From NCBI GenBank assembly GCA_900617105.1, contig UYFQ01000005.1, positions 372,001 through 436,000 of the forward strand: 64,000 nt of DNA. Direction: 5' to 3'. This DNA is from Hydrurus foetidus. Its lineage: Eukaryota. Below the pieces are notes generated by a model, which made no database searches, had not been told where the DNA came from, and worked only from the letters and a program-made list of their open reading frames with translations. Both the position numbers and the translations under genes were made by a program. Of this stretch, positions 1 through 11,300 are shown piece by piece. Every line of letters starts with the position of its first letter. Within the stretch, counting starts at the first letter, position 1.

Positions 1-782
1 GAATTGTCAAAAGCGTACAAGCGACCCGTGTTGCGCATGGATGCGCCAATCGCCAAGGTCTTGCCGCCCGCACCTGCGCAAAAATCCACCACCATCTCGC
101 CCCGGTGGGCATCGAGCAGCAAGGCCAGCAGTTGCGAGCCTTCGTCTTGCACTTCCACGGCACCCCGGTTGAAAGCATCGAGTTTGGCGAGATTGGGTTT
201 GCCTTCCACACGCAAGCCCCAGGGTGAAAATGGCGTGATCGTGGTCTTGATCGCTCCGTTTTTGCTAGCTGTAGCCACAATCTCAGCCTGCACCTCAGCC
301 CGTTTGGCGACAAACGTGTTGACGCGCAAGTCGAGCGGTGCACTTTGGTTCAAGGAATCGACCAGTGGCCAAAAATCATCGCCCAACTGTGCTTTGAGCG
401 GTGTGACCAGCCATTCAGGCAGGTTATGGCGGTGGCGATCGAGCAAATCAGCCGTTTTGATGGCATCGCAAGCGTCTAACCACACTTTTTCGTGGTCTAA
501 CAACGCACTTTTCAGAAAATCGCGTGCGCCCGTGCCGTGGGCGAAACCCAAAATGGCGAGGCGGCGCTCTTTAGGGCCGGAACCTGAAGGCGCAAAGTGT
601 TCAAACAGCAGCCGCTGGCGCAACACTGCATACACGGTGTCGGTCAGGGTCGCGCGTTCACGCGGGCCGAACTCTTTGTGTTCGCGGAAAAAACGGGAAA
701 CCACGGCGTCGGCTGGGTGGTCAAACTTAAGGGACAGGGCGACGAGTTCTGTACAGGCGTCGAGTAGGGCTTTGGGATGCAT
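1..782 (-). CDS. RsmB/NOP (Fmu/Sun) family SAM-dependent RNA methyltransferase, 5' part (runs off window)
   Basis: Not in ORF track. Manual minus-strand translation from ATG 782 gives MHPKALLDACTELVALSLKFDHPADAVVSRFFREHKEFGPRER... with VQDEGSQLLA and VVDFCAGAGGKTLA motifs. Confidence 0.85.
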   Translation of the reverse strand, partial: MHPKALLDACTELVALSLKFDHPADAVVSRFFREHKEFGPRERATLTDTVYAVLRQRLLFEHFAPSGSGPKERRLAILGFAHGTGARDFLKSALLDHEKVWLDACDAIKTADLLDRHRHNLPEWLVTPLKAQLGDDFWPLVDSLNQSAPLDLRVNTFVAKRAEVQAEIVATASKNGAIKTTITPFSPWGLRVEGKPNLAKLDAFNRGAVEVQDEGSQLLALLLDAHRGEMVVDFCAGAGGKTLAIGASMRNTGRLYAFDN

Positions 783-827
783 AGGGGGCTATTGTCCCAC
801 TGCGCCTCCACCATGCCAAAATTCTGC

Positions 828-1091
828 ATGACAACCCTATCGCCAAACGAGCCACTCGACACCATCCCAGCCGCGCTGCAAACACCGCCCGGCCTTTACC
901 AACACTACAAAGGCATGCGTTATGACGTGCTGGGCACCGTGCGCCACAGCGAAACGCTGGAGCCGATGACCCTCTACCGCGCCCTCTATGGCGAACACGG
1001 GCTGTGGGTACGGCCAGCGGCCATGTTCTTGGAAACGGTGGTGATTGAGGGGGTGGCGCAGCCACGCTTCAGGCGAATCTCACCTGTTTAA
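828..1091 (+). CDS. DUF1653 domain protein
   Basis: PGLYQHYKG..Y.V...RHSETLE...LYRALYGE.GLWVRP..MF motif; start at 828 is a best guess. Confidence 0.85.
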   Translation: MTTLSPNEPLDTIPAALQTPPGLYQHYKGMRYDVLGTVRHSETLEPMTLYRALYGEHGLWVRPAAMFLETVVIEGVAQPRFRRISPV

Positions 1092-1133
1092 ATCCAACAA
1101 AATAGCCTATTTCTGCACGCCCCACCGGCACAG

Positions 1134-1718
1134 TCAGCTACAGTTTTTAAGTAACTCAGCAATCGCCTGCGGGTACAAGCGGTGCTCTTGTGTCAACACC
1201 CGCGCTTGCAGGCTGTCCGCCGTGTCGCCCGCCAACACCGGCACCACCGCCTGCGCCAAGATCGGGCCGTGGTCGAGTTCAGCCGTCACCTGATGCACCG
1301 TCACACCCGCCACCTTGCAGCCCGCATCAATCGCGCGTTGGTGCGTGTGCAACCCAGGGAAGGACGGCAGCAGCGACGGGTGGATGTTCAGCAACCGCCC
1401 CGCATAGCGCTCCACAAAACCCGGCGTCAAAATCCGCATAAAACCTGCCAGCACCACCAACGCAGGCTGGTGTACATCAATCACCTGCGCTAATTCAGCG
1501 TCAAACGCCTCACGCGACGCAAACGCTTTATGGTCAACCACAGCAGTGGCAATGCCTTGCTCACGGGCAAACACCAAACCCTTGGCATCCGCCTTGTTGC
1601 TGATGACGGCGGTGACACGGGCATCAAACCGTTTGGCCCAGCCCTCACGCTCAGCCGCGCGAACGATGGCAGCCATGTTGGAGCCGCCGCCGGAAATCAA
1701 AATCACGATGTTTTTCAT
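1134..1718 (-). CDS. purN: Phosphoribosylglycinamide formyltransferase
   Basis: ILISGGGSNM, LAGFMRIL, NIHPSLLP and ELDHGPI motifs; 194 aa. Confidence 0.97.
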   Translation of the reverse strand: MKNIVILISGGGSNMAAIVRAAEREGWAKRFDARVTAVISNKADAKGLVFAREQGIATAVVDHKAFASREAFDAELAQVIDVHQPALVVLAGFMRILTPGFVERYAGRLLNIHPSLLPSFPGLHTHQRAIDAGCKVAGVTVHQVTAELDHGPILAQAVVPVLAGDTADSLQARVLTQEHRLYPQAIAELLKNCS

Positions 1719-1838
1719 AGGTGTGATTATCCCAGTGCATCAATAGACGCGATTTTTGGCATCAATGCACCGCCCAAAGCCCGCTAGCATGACCCGTCTG
1801 CCCTTTACATCAACAGCTACACACCAAGGAAACCCCAA

Positions 1839-2528
1839 ATGGCCATGCTCAAGCTCTATATCGGTAACAAAAACTACTCCTCCTGGTCCATGCGCCCCTG
1901 GGTGCTGCTGAAGGAGGCCGGTATCCCCTTTGAAGAAATGATGCTGCGCTTTGATGCCTTCAGCGCCGACTCCCAATTCAAACAGCGCCTGGGCGCACTC
2001 AGCCCCGCAGGCCGCGTACCCGTGCTGCAAGACGGCGATGTGGTGGTTTGGGACACCCTGGCCATCGCGGAATACATCGCGGAAACACACCCCGACAAAA
2101 ACCTCTGGCCCCAAGCCGCCGCCGCCCGCGCCAAAGCACGCAGCGTCTGCGCCGAAATGCACTCGGGCTTCCAAGCCCTGCGTGGGGCCTTCCCCATGAA
2201 CATCGAAGCCCACCTGCCCGATACCGGCACCCTGCTGCTGCGCGACCGCCCCGCCGTGCGGCAAGACTTAGCCCGCATCGACAGCATGTGGAGCGAATTG
2301 CTGGCCGAGCACGGCGGCCCGATGCTGTTTGGCGAATTCAGCATCGCCGACGCCTACTTCGCGCCTGTGTGCATGCGCATCAGCAGCTACGCCCTGCCCG
2401 TGTCGCCTGCGGTAGCCGCGTATGTAGCCCGCGTCAAAGCCCGGCCCGGTGTCGCCGCGTGGATCAGCGACGCACTGGCAGAGAAAGACTTCATTGATTT
2501 CGAGGAGCCGTACCGGCTGGCACGGTAA
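1839..2528 (+). CDS. Glutathione S-transferase family protein
   Basis: GNKNYSSWSMRPW, GRVPVL, WDTLAIAEY and FSIADAYFAP motifs. Confidence 0.93.
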   Translation: MAMLKLYIGNKNYSSWSMRPWVLLKEAGIPFEEMMLRFDAFSADSQFKQRLGALSPAGRVPVLQDGDVVVWDTLAIAEYIAETHPDKNLWPQAAAARAKARSVCAEMHSGFQALRGAFPMNIEAHLPDTGTLLLRDRPAVRQDLARIDSMWSELLAEHGGPMLFGEFSIADAYFAPVCMRISSYALPVSPAVAAYVARVKARPGVAAWISDALAEKDFIDFEEPYRLAR

Positions 2529-2578
2529 AGCCAAATATCCCGGCTGTTTCAATCACCAAAATTTACAAAGGACACCTC

Positions 2579-2884
2579 ATGGTTACCGTCTACATCCGCT
2601 ACGTACTCGACACCACCAAGCTCACCGAGTTTGAACACTACGGAAAGCTGTGGTTGCCCTTGGTGAAGAGATTTGGTGGGCAGCATCACGGCTACTTTAT
2701 GCCCAGCGAAGGCGCAAACAACATTGCGCTTGCATTGTTCACCTTTGAGAGCCTTGCTGCATACGAAATCTACCGCCAGCAATCTATGGAAGATGCGCAA
2801 TGCCAAGCGGCATTCCAATACGCACAGGACACCCGCTGCTTCATCAGCTATGAGCGCAGCTTCTTTCGCCCTGTGTTTTCTTGA
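2579..2884 (+). CDS. NIPSNAP family protein
   Basis: 101 aa with HHGYFMPSEG and FESLAAYE.YR; RBS AAGGA upstream. Confidence 0.85.
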   Translation: MVTVYIRYVLDTTKLTEFEHYGKLWLPLVKRFGGQHHGYFMPSEGANNIALALFTFESLAAYEIYRQQSMEDAQCQAAFQYAQDTRCFISYERSFFRPVFS

Positions 2885-4184
2885 GTCGCCACACACCCCA
2901 GAGCGCAGTTGCCACCAGCACCCCGTAAACCACTGGAGCGACTGTGCTCAGGTAATCCAACGCGGTGGACACCGGCTCCAGCTTCCACCCCAAGCGCTCG
3001 GCCAGCCAGACCGCTGCGGCGAAGAATGCAAAAGCGCAGCCACCGATCCGCCACGCGGTGTAGCGGGCCTGCCGCGCCAACACCAGCAGCCACGGCAGCA
3101 CGAGTGCCAGCAGGGCCAGCTGCATCAGCTCAATCCCCACATTGAAACCCGCAATCGCCACCAACCGTGCCCCAGGGGCCAGCCCCAGCTGGGCAATGGC
3201 ATCTGAAAACGCCATGCCGTGAACCACGCCAAAGGCCAGCGCCACCAACGGTTCTCGCCCTGGAAACACTGGCCGCCAGCCGTGCACCGCCGTCACCAAG
3301 ATGGACACGGCAATCGCCACCTCCACAGCCTGCACGGGCAACGTTGGCAAGGTCAACCCCACCACCAACAGCGCCAGCGAATGCCCCAGGGTGAAAGCCG
3401 AAACCACCCAGGCCAAATGCCGCAAGCTCGCACGCATGCCCCGGTAAACCGCCCATCGGCCTTTGGCCACGCACAACGGTGCAGGCAGCACCAAAGTCAG
3501 CAAAAATAACAGGTGATCAGTGCCCTCCAAGATGTGCGCCATGCCCATGCGCAGCACGCCCCCAAACGCCAACCAACCGTAGCCACCATCGGCCAACGCG
3601 GGCGGTGTGAACGCCAAAGTCTGGACGCTGTTGCGCAGCACACCCAACAACTGCGGTGGCTGCGTCAGCTGTCCAGCCCACCAATCTTGGCGCAGCAGCA
3701 CCATCACCGTGTGGGTCATGATTTCATGGGTGATCACGTCATAGTGCAGCGTCCAAGCCCGTAGGGGGGCACCTGGTGGGGGTTGCACCTGCATGCGGGC
3801 CACCAATTCGGGAATCTGGGCCGTGGCCGCACCGTCTGAAGCGGCTGCGGGCACCACGGTGGTGTCCATCGTCAGCGCCGCAGGTGCCACCCACCAATAA
3901 CGCCCGTCGGGTGCCGTCACGCGCACATGGACCGCCAAATAGGCGATCAGCGCCTCGCCATACTGGCTCAGCACCTGCGCAGGCTGTGCCGTCAGCGGCT
4001 GGCCGAACGCCACCTCCAAACGGTCCAGCGGTAGGCGCAGCTCCAGCACTACCGCACTGTCACCCACATCAATGAACATCTGCGACTGCGGCATGGGGTG
4101 CGCCTGCGCCTTCACTGCCAGCAACGCCAAAAGCACACACCCGGCCCATCGCAACGCAACAAGCCGCAACCAGCGTCCGCACAT
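2844..4184 (-). CDS. HupE/UreJ family membrane protein with N-terminal periplasmic region
   Basis: Signal peptide AQA-HPMP; GMAHILEGTDHLLFL, AFTLGHS, FGVVHG and FNVGIE motifs. Confidence 0.85.
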   Translation of the reverse strand: MCGRWLRLVALRWAGCVLLALLAVKAQAHPMPQSQMFIDVGDSAVVLELRLPLDRLEVAFGQPLTAQPAQVLSQYGEALIAYLAVHVRVTAPDGRYWWVAPAALTMDTTVVPAAASDGAATAQIPELVARMQVQPPPGAPLRAWTLHYDVITHEIMTHTVMVLLRQDWWAGQLTQPPQLLGVLRNSVQTLAFTPPALADGGYGWLAFGGVLRMGMAHILEGTDHLLFLLTLVLPAPLCVAKGRWAVYRGMRASLRHLAWVVSAFTLGHSLALLVVGLTLPTLPVQAVEVAIAVSILVTAVHGWRPVFPGREPLVALAFGVVHGMAFSDAIAQLGLAPGARLVAIAGFNVGIELMQLALLALVLPWLLVLARQARYTAWRIGGCAFAFFAAAVWLAERLGWKLEPVSTALDYLSTVAPVVYGVLVATALWGVWRLKKTQGERSCAHS

Positions 4185-4201
4185 GCCGCCTACAACCCGG
4201 C

Positions 4202-5446
4202 TTACAACATACCGCCGTAATCGGCCAACTTGTCATGCCACACGGCATGCGGATGGATGTCGTTGCGAACAATGATGCCACCTTGCACCGACCACTCCAT
4301 CCACACCCGTGGGCCATCCACACGGAAGTAATTGCCCTTGGTCGCGACGCTGGCCCCCGTGGCATAAGCTACATAGGTCTCAGCCAGTGCGGCATCGCTC
4401 AGGTAACTTGCCAAAATTTCCGTCGCATTCGATTGTGTGTTCACCCACGACTGGATCACGCTGCGAACCAAGGCTTGATCCGCACTGGACAACGCGCTGT
4501 ACGCCACACCACGGCCTGTCGTGCCCGTGGGATACGCCTTGGGATAGGTGCCGTCGATACCGCCCGTGCCATTGGCACCGAACAGCAAATCGTCATACGT
4601 ACCCGACAACTTAGCGCTGCTGTAATTGGTCAGCACCGCCCCCAAATTGGCCAGCGCCGTGCGCTGCTGCACCAGCGGGTCATACGTCACACCGTTGTAA
4701 GTGAACGCCAAATTGGGCTCCACCGCCAAAAACATCGGCGTCGGCATGCGATAGTTTGGCGTGTAGCTCAGGTTATAGGTCAGGTGATGCCCCGTCAGTT
4801 GCAGCACCCAACTGCCGGTGGTGGAGGGTGTTCCCAAGAAGGCCACGTAGTAATTGCCATCCCCATACTGCGATGACGATGCACCCACGTTCACCAATTG
4901 GTTGTCCGCCACACGAATATCCCCCCACAAGGTGCTGCCTGTGCTGCTCAGTGCCGTAGTAATCAACGCTTTGGCGGCGGTTTGTTGCGCCGTCGTCATC
5001 GTGCCAAAGTTCAACCCATTGCGCCTGACCATGGCCGCAGGCAAGTTCGACCACTGGCGTGCAGTGTTCAGCGCATAACTCAGCTGCACCACTGGCTTTT
5101 GGGTCTCCGTCAGCGTCGCATAAAACGCATTGGCCGCACTCACCACCGCAGCAGATGCTGTGCTGCTACTGCTGGTGGTGCTTGTACTGCTACTGTTGGC
5201 TGCACTTGTACTTGTACTTGTACTTGTACTTGTACTTGTACTTGTACTTGTACTTGTACTTGTACTTGTACTTGTACTGTTGCTGGTGTTTGCTGTACTG
5301 GCAACCGATGTGGTGTCCGTCGTCGTAACGCTCACCCCTGTCGTACTGCCACCACCGCCGCACGCGGTCAACACCGCCACCAAAGCACACCCCGACACCG
5401 AACACACCGCTGCGCACCGAGTCAACTTCATTTTCATGGAATACAT
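4202..5446 (-). CDS. DUF3500 domain lipoprotein with Ser/Thr-rich linker
   Basis: Lipobox LTAC; WSNLP, FLGTPS..GSW..Q..GHH, YFRVDGP and HPHAVWHD...DYG motifs; RBS AAGGAG 6 nt before ATG 5446. Confidence 0.8.
   Translation of the reverse strand: MYSMKMKLTRCAAVCSVSGCALVAVLTACGGGGSTTGVSVTTTDTTSVASTANTSNSTSTSTSTSTSTSTSTSTSTSTSTSAANSSSTSTTSSSSTASAAVVSAANAFYATLTETQKPVVQLSYALNTARQWSNLPAAMVRRNGLNFGTMTTAQQTAAKALITTALSSTGSTLWGDIRVADNQLVNVGASSSQYGDGNYYVAFLGTPSTTGSWVLQLTGHHLTYNLSYTPNYRMPTPMFLAVEPNLAFTYNGVTYDPLVQQRTALANLGAVLTNYSSAKLSGTYDDLLFGANGTGGIDGTYPKAYPTGTTGRGVAYSALSSADQALVRSVIQSWVNTQSNATEILASYLSDAALAETYVAYATGASVATKGNYFRVDGPRVWMEWSVQGGIIVRNDIHPHAVWHDKLADYGGML
5205..5276. repeat. Perfect hexanucleotide tandem repeat (CTTGTA)x12 encoding poly-(Ser-Thr)
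   Basis: Counted directly in sequence. Confidence 0.97.
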
Positions 5447-5622
5447 ACATCGCTCCTTGGGTTCATAAATGGAAAAAAATCCCATTTATTGAACCAAAAC
5501 CACTCGCATCTTCTATCTAAAAAATGCATAGCAACTAGAACAAAAATGATGCGCCACACGTTAAACACCCTCATTGCGCAATGATGCCCATGTCCATCGG
5601 AGCATCAACTTAAACTTCGTCC

Positions 5623-6915
5623 ATGAAAACATACATCGTCGGCGGCGCGGTTCGCGACCACCTTTTAGGCTTGCCCACCGTGGACCGAGACTGGGTCGTC
5701 GTCGGGGCCACGCCCGAGCAGATGCTGGCTCAGGGCTTTATCGCCGTAGGCAAAGATTTCCCAGTCTTCCTGCACCCCCAAACGCATGAGGAATACGCCC
5801 TCGCCCGCACCGAGCGCAAAACTGCCCCCGGCTATACCGGCTTCGCCGTCCACGCCGCCCCCAACGTCACCTTGGAAGAAGATTTAGGGCGGCGTGACCT
5901 GACTATCAATTCCATAGCTGCCACCGCAGTTACATCAAGGACTAAAGACCAATTTGATGGTCAATTTGACACTTTCATTGACCCTTACGGCGGCGTGCAA
6001 GACCTGCGCAACAAAGTCTTCCGCCACGTCACCGATGCTTTCCGCGAAGACCCCGTGCGCATCCTGCGCCTGGCCCGCTTCGCCGCCCGGTTCACCGACT
6101 TCAGCGTCGCCCCAGAAACGATGGCGCTGATGCGCGAGATGGTCGCAGATGGTGAAGTCAATGCCCTGGTACCCGAGCGCGTCTGGCAAGAGCTCTCACG
6201 CGGCCTGATGGAATCCCAGCCTTCGCGCATGTTCAACGTGCTGCGCGACTGCGGGGCGCTGGAGCGCCTGCTGCCCGAAGTCCATGCCCTGTGGGGCGTG
6301 CCCCAACGCGCCGACTACCACCCTGAGGTGGACACCGGCATCCACGTGATGATGGTGCTGGACATGAGCGCCCGCCTGAATGCGGCCCTCCCCGTGCGCT
6401 TTGCCTGCCTGACGCACGACCTGGGCAAAGCCACCACCCCCGCCGACATCCTGCCCCGCCACCTCGGGCACGAAGACCGCAGCGTAGACCTGCTCAAACC
6501 CCTGTGCCAGCGCCTGCGCGTCCCAACAGACTGCCGCGAACTCGCCGAGGTAGTCGCCCGCGAACACGGCAACATCCACCGCAGCGCCGAATTCAGCCCC
6601 GCCGCCCTGGTGCGCCTGCTGGAACGCTGCGACGCCTTTCGCAAACCCCAACGCTTCGCCGATGCGCTCTTGGCCTGTGAATGCGATGCGCGGGGACGCT
6701 TAGGACTGGAAGAATCCGCCTACCCGCAGCGTGAAAGACTGCTCGCTGTGCTGGCAGCTGCTCAAGGGATTGCTACGGAATCAGTAGCTAATGCCGCTTT
6801 ACTGGCGGGCGCTAAGGGGGTGCAAATTGGGGAGAGGATTCATGAGGCGCGGGTGGTGGCGGTGCGGGCATCTATCGCAGGTTTGCCTCAATTTGAAGAG
6901 GAAAGCACGCGATGA
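5623..6915 (+). CDS. cca: Multifunctional CCA-adding/repair enzyme with HD domain
   Basis: [41 protein letters not shown] and HDLGK motifs. Confidence 0.96.
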   Translation: MKTYIVGGAVRDHLLGLPTVDRDWVVVGATPEQMLAQGFIAVGKDFPVFLHPQTHEEYALARTERKTAPGYTGFAVHAAPNVTLEEDLGRRDLTINSIAATAVTSRTKDQFDGQFDTFIDPYGGVQDLRNKVFRHVTDAFREDPVRILRLARFAARFTDFSVAPETMALMREMVADGEVNALVPERVWQELSRGLMESQPSRMFNVLRDCGALERLLPEVHALWGVPQRADYHPEVDTGIHVMMVLDMSARLNAALPVRFACLTHDLGKATTPADILPRHLGHEDRSVDLLKPLCQRLRVPTDCRELAEVVAREHGNIHRSAEFSPAALVRLLERCDAFRKPQRFADALLACECDARGRLGLEESAYPQRERLLAVLAAAQGIATESVANAALLAGAKGVQIGERIHEARVVAVRASIAGLPQFEEESTR

Positions 6916-7937
6916 GCACTGAGAAAAAACTTCAAATCCGCAACAGCACCGCTGAATTTCTGGTTTTCACAGGGCAAGCTGGAGAAAACAGCATTGAGGT
7001 GCGCGTGGCCGAGGAAACCGTTTGGCTGAGTCAAAAATTGCTGGCGGAGTTGTTTGAAGTCACCGTACCGACTGTTCATGAGCATTTGAGCAACCTGTAT
7101 GCACAGGCAGAGCTGCTCAAAACCGCAACTGTTAGGAATTTCCGAACAGTTCAAAAAGAGGGCGCACGCGAAGTAGCCCGGATGGTCGATTTTTACAACC
7201 TTGACGCCATCATCGCCGTCGGCTTCCGGGTCAACTCCACCCGCGCCATCCAGTTCCGCCAATGGGCCACCACAGTGCTTCGCGATTTCGCCATTCGTGG
7301 CTACGTGCTGGACAAAGAGCGATTGAAAAACGGGGCTTTCTTCAACAAAGCCTACTTTGAAGACCTGCTGAGCGAGATTCGAGAAATACGCGCCAGCGAG
7401 CGCAAGTTTTACCAAAAAATCACTGACATCTATGCCACCGCGATGGATTACAGCGCGGATGCGCAAACCACGCAAAACTTCTTTGCCATCGTTCAAAACA
7501 AGCTCCATTTCGCCATTCACGGCCATACGGCAGCGGAATTGATCGTGGCACGGGCGGACAGCCAACAAGCGCACATGGGCCTCACCACATGGAAGCACGC
7601 CCCTCTTGGCAAAATCCTCAAGCCTGACGTGGTGGTTGCCAAAAATTACCTCACAGCCCAAGAACTCAAATCACTCGACCGCTTCGTCACCATGTACCTT
7701 GATTACGCGGAAACACAGGCCGAGCGAAACATCCCCATGACGATGGCGGACTGGGCCAGCAAGTTGAATGCGTTTTTGCAATTCAACGAACGCGACATTT
7801 TGGACACCCCCGGCAAAGTCAGCCAAGCCGTGGCAAAAGCCTTCGCAGAAAGCGAATTTGAAAAATACCGCGTCGTGCAAGACAGGCTGTTTGAGTCCGA
7901 CTTTGATCGGCATGTGAGGAAGATGCTGGGGGAGTGA
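6912..7937 (+). CDS. Virulence RhuM family protein
   Basis: [49 protein letters not shown] and QNKLH.A..GHTAAE motifs; ATGA overlap with cca stop. Confidence 0.9.
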   Translation: MSTEKKLQIRNSTAEFLVFTGQAGENSIEVRVAEETVWLSQKLLAELFEVTVPTVHEHLSNLYAQAELLKTATVRNFRTVQKEGAREVARMVDFYNLDAIIAVGFRVNSTRAIQFRQWATTVLRDFAIRGYVLDKERLKNGAFFNKAYFEDLLSEIREIRASERKFYQKITDIYATAMDYSADAQTTQNFFAIVQNKLHFAIHGHTAAELIVARADSQQAHMGLTTWKHAPLGKILKPDVVVAKNYLTAQELKSLDRFVTMYLDYAETQAERNIPMTMADWASKLNAFLQFNERDILDTPGKVSQAVAKAFAESEFEKYRVVQDRLFESDFDRHVRKMLGE

Positions 7938-8072
7938 GGCAGTAAATCAGCCCCAGCGCCACAACAACAGGAGAGAGGACTTCGATGAAAAACAACATTC
8001 GCTCGAACTTTGACATGCTCAGCGCATTAGCCAGGAAAAATCCCTTCGTCCGCTGGTCGAGGGATTAAGGTC

Positions 8073-8324
8073 ATGGCTATAAAGACCAGTAGAAGTCTGG
8101 GGTTTCCGATGATGGCCACTCCCGGGGTGGTTCATGTGTCTGTGCCGGGTGAAGATGCAGACGAGAAGGAAGCGCTGCGGGCAACGCAGAGTTTGGTGAT
8201 TGGATCACTGTGGGTCGGGGGTTTGAGAGGAGGTATTCGCAATATCTGCGCTCATGCCCTCCCAAAAAATTCAATTGGCCTCCTTGCTTACGGCAACGAT
8301 GCGCTGAGCAGGGACGAACCGTGA
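8073..8324 (+). CDS. Possible small hypothetical protein (83 aa) coupled to the STAND gene
   Basis: TAAGG before ATG; stop overlaps the next GTG start (GTGA, 8321-8324); no recognisable family. Confidence 0.3.
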   Translation: MAIKTSRSLGFPMMATPGVVHVSVPGEDADEKEALRATQSLVIGSLWVGGLRGGIRNICAHALPKNSIGLLAYGNDALSRDEP

Positions 8325-11300
8325 ATCAAATCATCAAACACTCCGCCATCCCGGCAAGCGGCTATGTCTATCAAACTTGGGCAGGGATAGCACTCCTTTG
8401 TGACTGGCTCGATGACCCATCTCTTTTTGAGTGGGTGAAGTTTGAAGCTGATGACGAAGAGCAGGCGAAGGGACTCGATGACGTCGTGGCCAAAAGACGA
8501 GACGGTCGCTTCGTCCTACAACAAGTCAAGTTAACTGTCGATCCTTTCGAGACTGCCAATGCGCTCAGCTGGAAGTGGTTGCTCGGACATAGACCAAAAG
8601 GTTTGTCTCTATTGCAAAAATGGGAGCACGCCTACAGAGGGTATGCCCCACAGTTGGTAGCTGACGCAATGCTGATCACCAACCGTAGACCAGATGCCGA
8701 GTTCGAGCAAAACTTGGCGACAAATGGCCGTCGGGTCAACTGGCAGGCTGCATCGGCAACCACTCGTGCGCAAGTCATTGCACAGTTGGGCGATGAGCAA
8801 CGAGCCAACTTGTTTTTCTCGGTGTTTGAATTTCGTCACAGCAATCAAGGGTACGACTCCCTTGATCGCTTGGTTCTTGACCGCTTAGTACCGCGACATA
8901 CAAAAAATCGTGATGGATATAACGCGTTGTTTCGTGAGGCGATTTATTGGGCAACCCGCAAAGGCTTTCCGAATCCAGATGGCTGCATACGAATCGATCT
9001 GGTTCGTGCAATTTTGGATCAACGTCGACCCGTTCCGTTGGATCAGTCTTTTCGTATCCCCGACGGTTACACCCCGCCAGACGCAGAGTTTGCAAAAGAA
9101 TTTGTAACCGGGATAGTCGCAGGAAGAAGAAGCATCCAAGTCGTGTGGGGCTCTCCTGGACAAGGAAAGAGTACGTTTCTGAGCTTCGTTTGCGCGCAGT
9201 TGAAGCAACTCAGCCATCCTGTCATTCGGCACCACTATTTCCTTCAGCTACACGATCGTAGTGATCGATTTACCTTTGACGCCGTGGCGCATTCACTGAT
9301 GTTCCAGATGGAGAATGACTTCTTTCCTTTCGTCAACGGTATTCAAAAGCAATCCGAATACCTTCTCGATTGGATTAAAGCGTGCGCACGCGGATGCGCC
9401 GAACAAGGTAAGCGTTTTGTCATTGTGGTCGACGGCTTGGATCACGTATGGCGCGAGCATGAAAAGAATAAGGCTCCACTTGACAGTCTGTTTAATGCCT
9501 TATTGCCACCGCCAGAAAACGTGACGCTAATCATCGGCACACAAAAAGTTGACGCTGAACAGTTGCCTTCCCACTTTGCTCAATATGCGATCCCCGAGAG
9601 TTGGATTGAAGTCCCACGGATGTCACATGTATCGACAAAAGGCTGGCTCCAAGTCCAACTTGACGCCAAACAGTTCGAGATTGAAGGCCCTGACAGTGGC
9701 CGCGACACCCTTGCCGCTGTGGCTGCTGCATTTCGAGATATTTCGCACGGTCACCCTCTTGTACTGACCTACAGCTTTTTAGCTTTGGCTCGCGAGCACC
9801 GTCAACTTTCTTCTCAAATAGTAACTTCCAGCCGAGCAGACCCTAGCGCGGACGCTGTTGACTACTACGATGGTCTGTGGAAAAGGCTTTCACACAAAGC
9901 CAAAGACGCCCTTCACCTCATGGCAGATACCAAGTTCATTTGGCCAATGGACGGCCTGGAAGGCTGCCTGAGTTTTCGGAGCGACGAACTGCGACGGGAG
10001 ATTGGCCACCTATTTACTTGGGTTGAAGCCGGCCAACTTGCCTTTCATGGCAGCCTGTATGTTTTCATACAGAGCAGAGGGGACCACTTAGCCAGAATTC
10101 AAACCTTAACGCCCGATGTCATGCAATGGCTGGCTCACTCTGCGCCACATTTTCACAAATGGGGATGGCTATGGCTCTACCAGCAGAAGTTGGGTGATCC
10201 CAGGCCTTTGCTTGACAACACAGGGAGAGCTTGGCTCCTAGATAGCTTGACAAAGGGTTACCCCCCCGATCAAATCGTCCAAATTCTCGAACGTGCCGAG
10301 AGCGTTGCCTTTAAGGCTGGCGAGTATGGTCTTGCAGTGCGTCGTCGATGGGTTAAGACTCGCATGCTCAACGGCCCTGAATTTCAACTCGATGACGTTG
10401 CTACGCTACAGAGATGCGCAATGCAACTTGCGAATGATGACTACCCCGTGCTCTTGTTGGCTGCCAAAGTGCATACAGCAGGGATTGAAAAATTGCATAG
10501 GCTTGGCATGCAATATCTTTGGGCAGATCGGAAGGCGGATGCTGTTGATTGCCAACATCGTATGCGTGCACGAATAAACGACAAGATCGCTGCCAAAGCG
10601 TTCGAGAACGGAGGCTTCAAGACCGCTATCGAACTGTATTTGGAGCTTGCTGCGGGCACCGGGGAATTTGATACCAAGAGGATTGCGCAAAACATTCGTC
10701 GCGGGCTAGGTGACGACGCGGCCGGTGGTTTTGCGGACTTTCTGAAAGAACTTTCACGACATGGCGACGTAGCGAAACTGATGCACTTCGCTGACGTTCC
10801 GCTGAGCTTACAGATGCGGCGAAAGCTGGAAGTCGCCGCTGTTCGCATTGCTGGATTGTGCGATGCAAAACTTCACGTATGGCCTAACTTTAAGCGGTTC
10901 AGAACACATCCGCTATCAGGATGCTGGGCCTTACTTTACCGGCGAGAAGCCTTTAAGCGCGTGCCTTTTGTTCGATTCAATTCAGCTTTGAATGTTGATC
11001 GTTGGTCCACAAGCAAGACGGATCTTGAAGACTATTTGCACACGCTGTTTTTTGACTCCGTGATGCGGCGCCTTGAATTGAAGGGCGCACCTGATGCGAT
11101 AGAAGCAGTTGTTTACCCGAAGCGCCTTTGGTTAACACAAGCCATAGCCCAACTGGAACTAATCGCCCAGTCAACTGCTGGTATTTTGGTGCGCGGGGAC
11201 TTGCCTGCATTCGCGTTGCCATATCGTTTGTTGGACGAATTCAAAGCTCCAACCGACCACGATTCGACACTTGACCACCATGCCTTCAAGCGCGCCCTAA

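Noticed and set aside
4..831. 275-aa plus-strand ORF
   Set aside because: Antisense shadow of the RsmB-like gene, whose motifs are on the minus strand
4898..5584. ORFs with CT, LY, LV and KY dipeptide repeats
   Set aside because: Alternative-frame readings of the (CTTGTA)12 repeat within the DUF3500 gene
7819..8016. 65-aa minus ORF with a hydrophobic N-terminus
   Set aside because: Overlaps rhuM antisense for over half its length; no family or RBS support
8210..8320. N-terminal extension of the 1338-aa ORF
   Set aside because: The nuclease-like domain starts right after GTG 8321, which is the more plausible start
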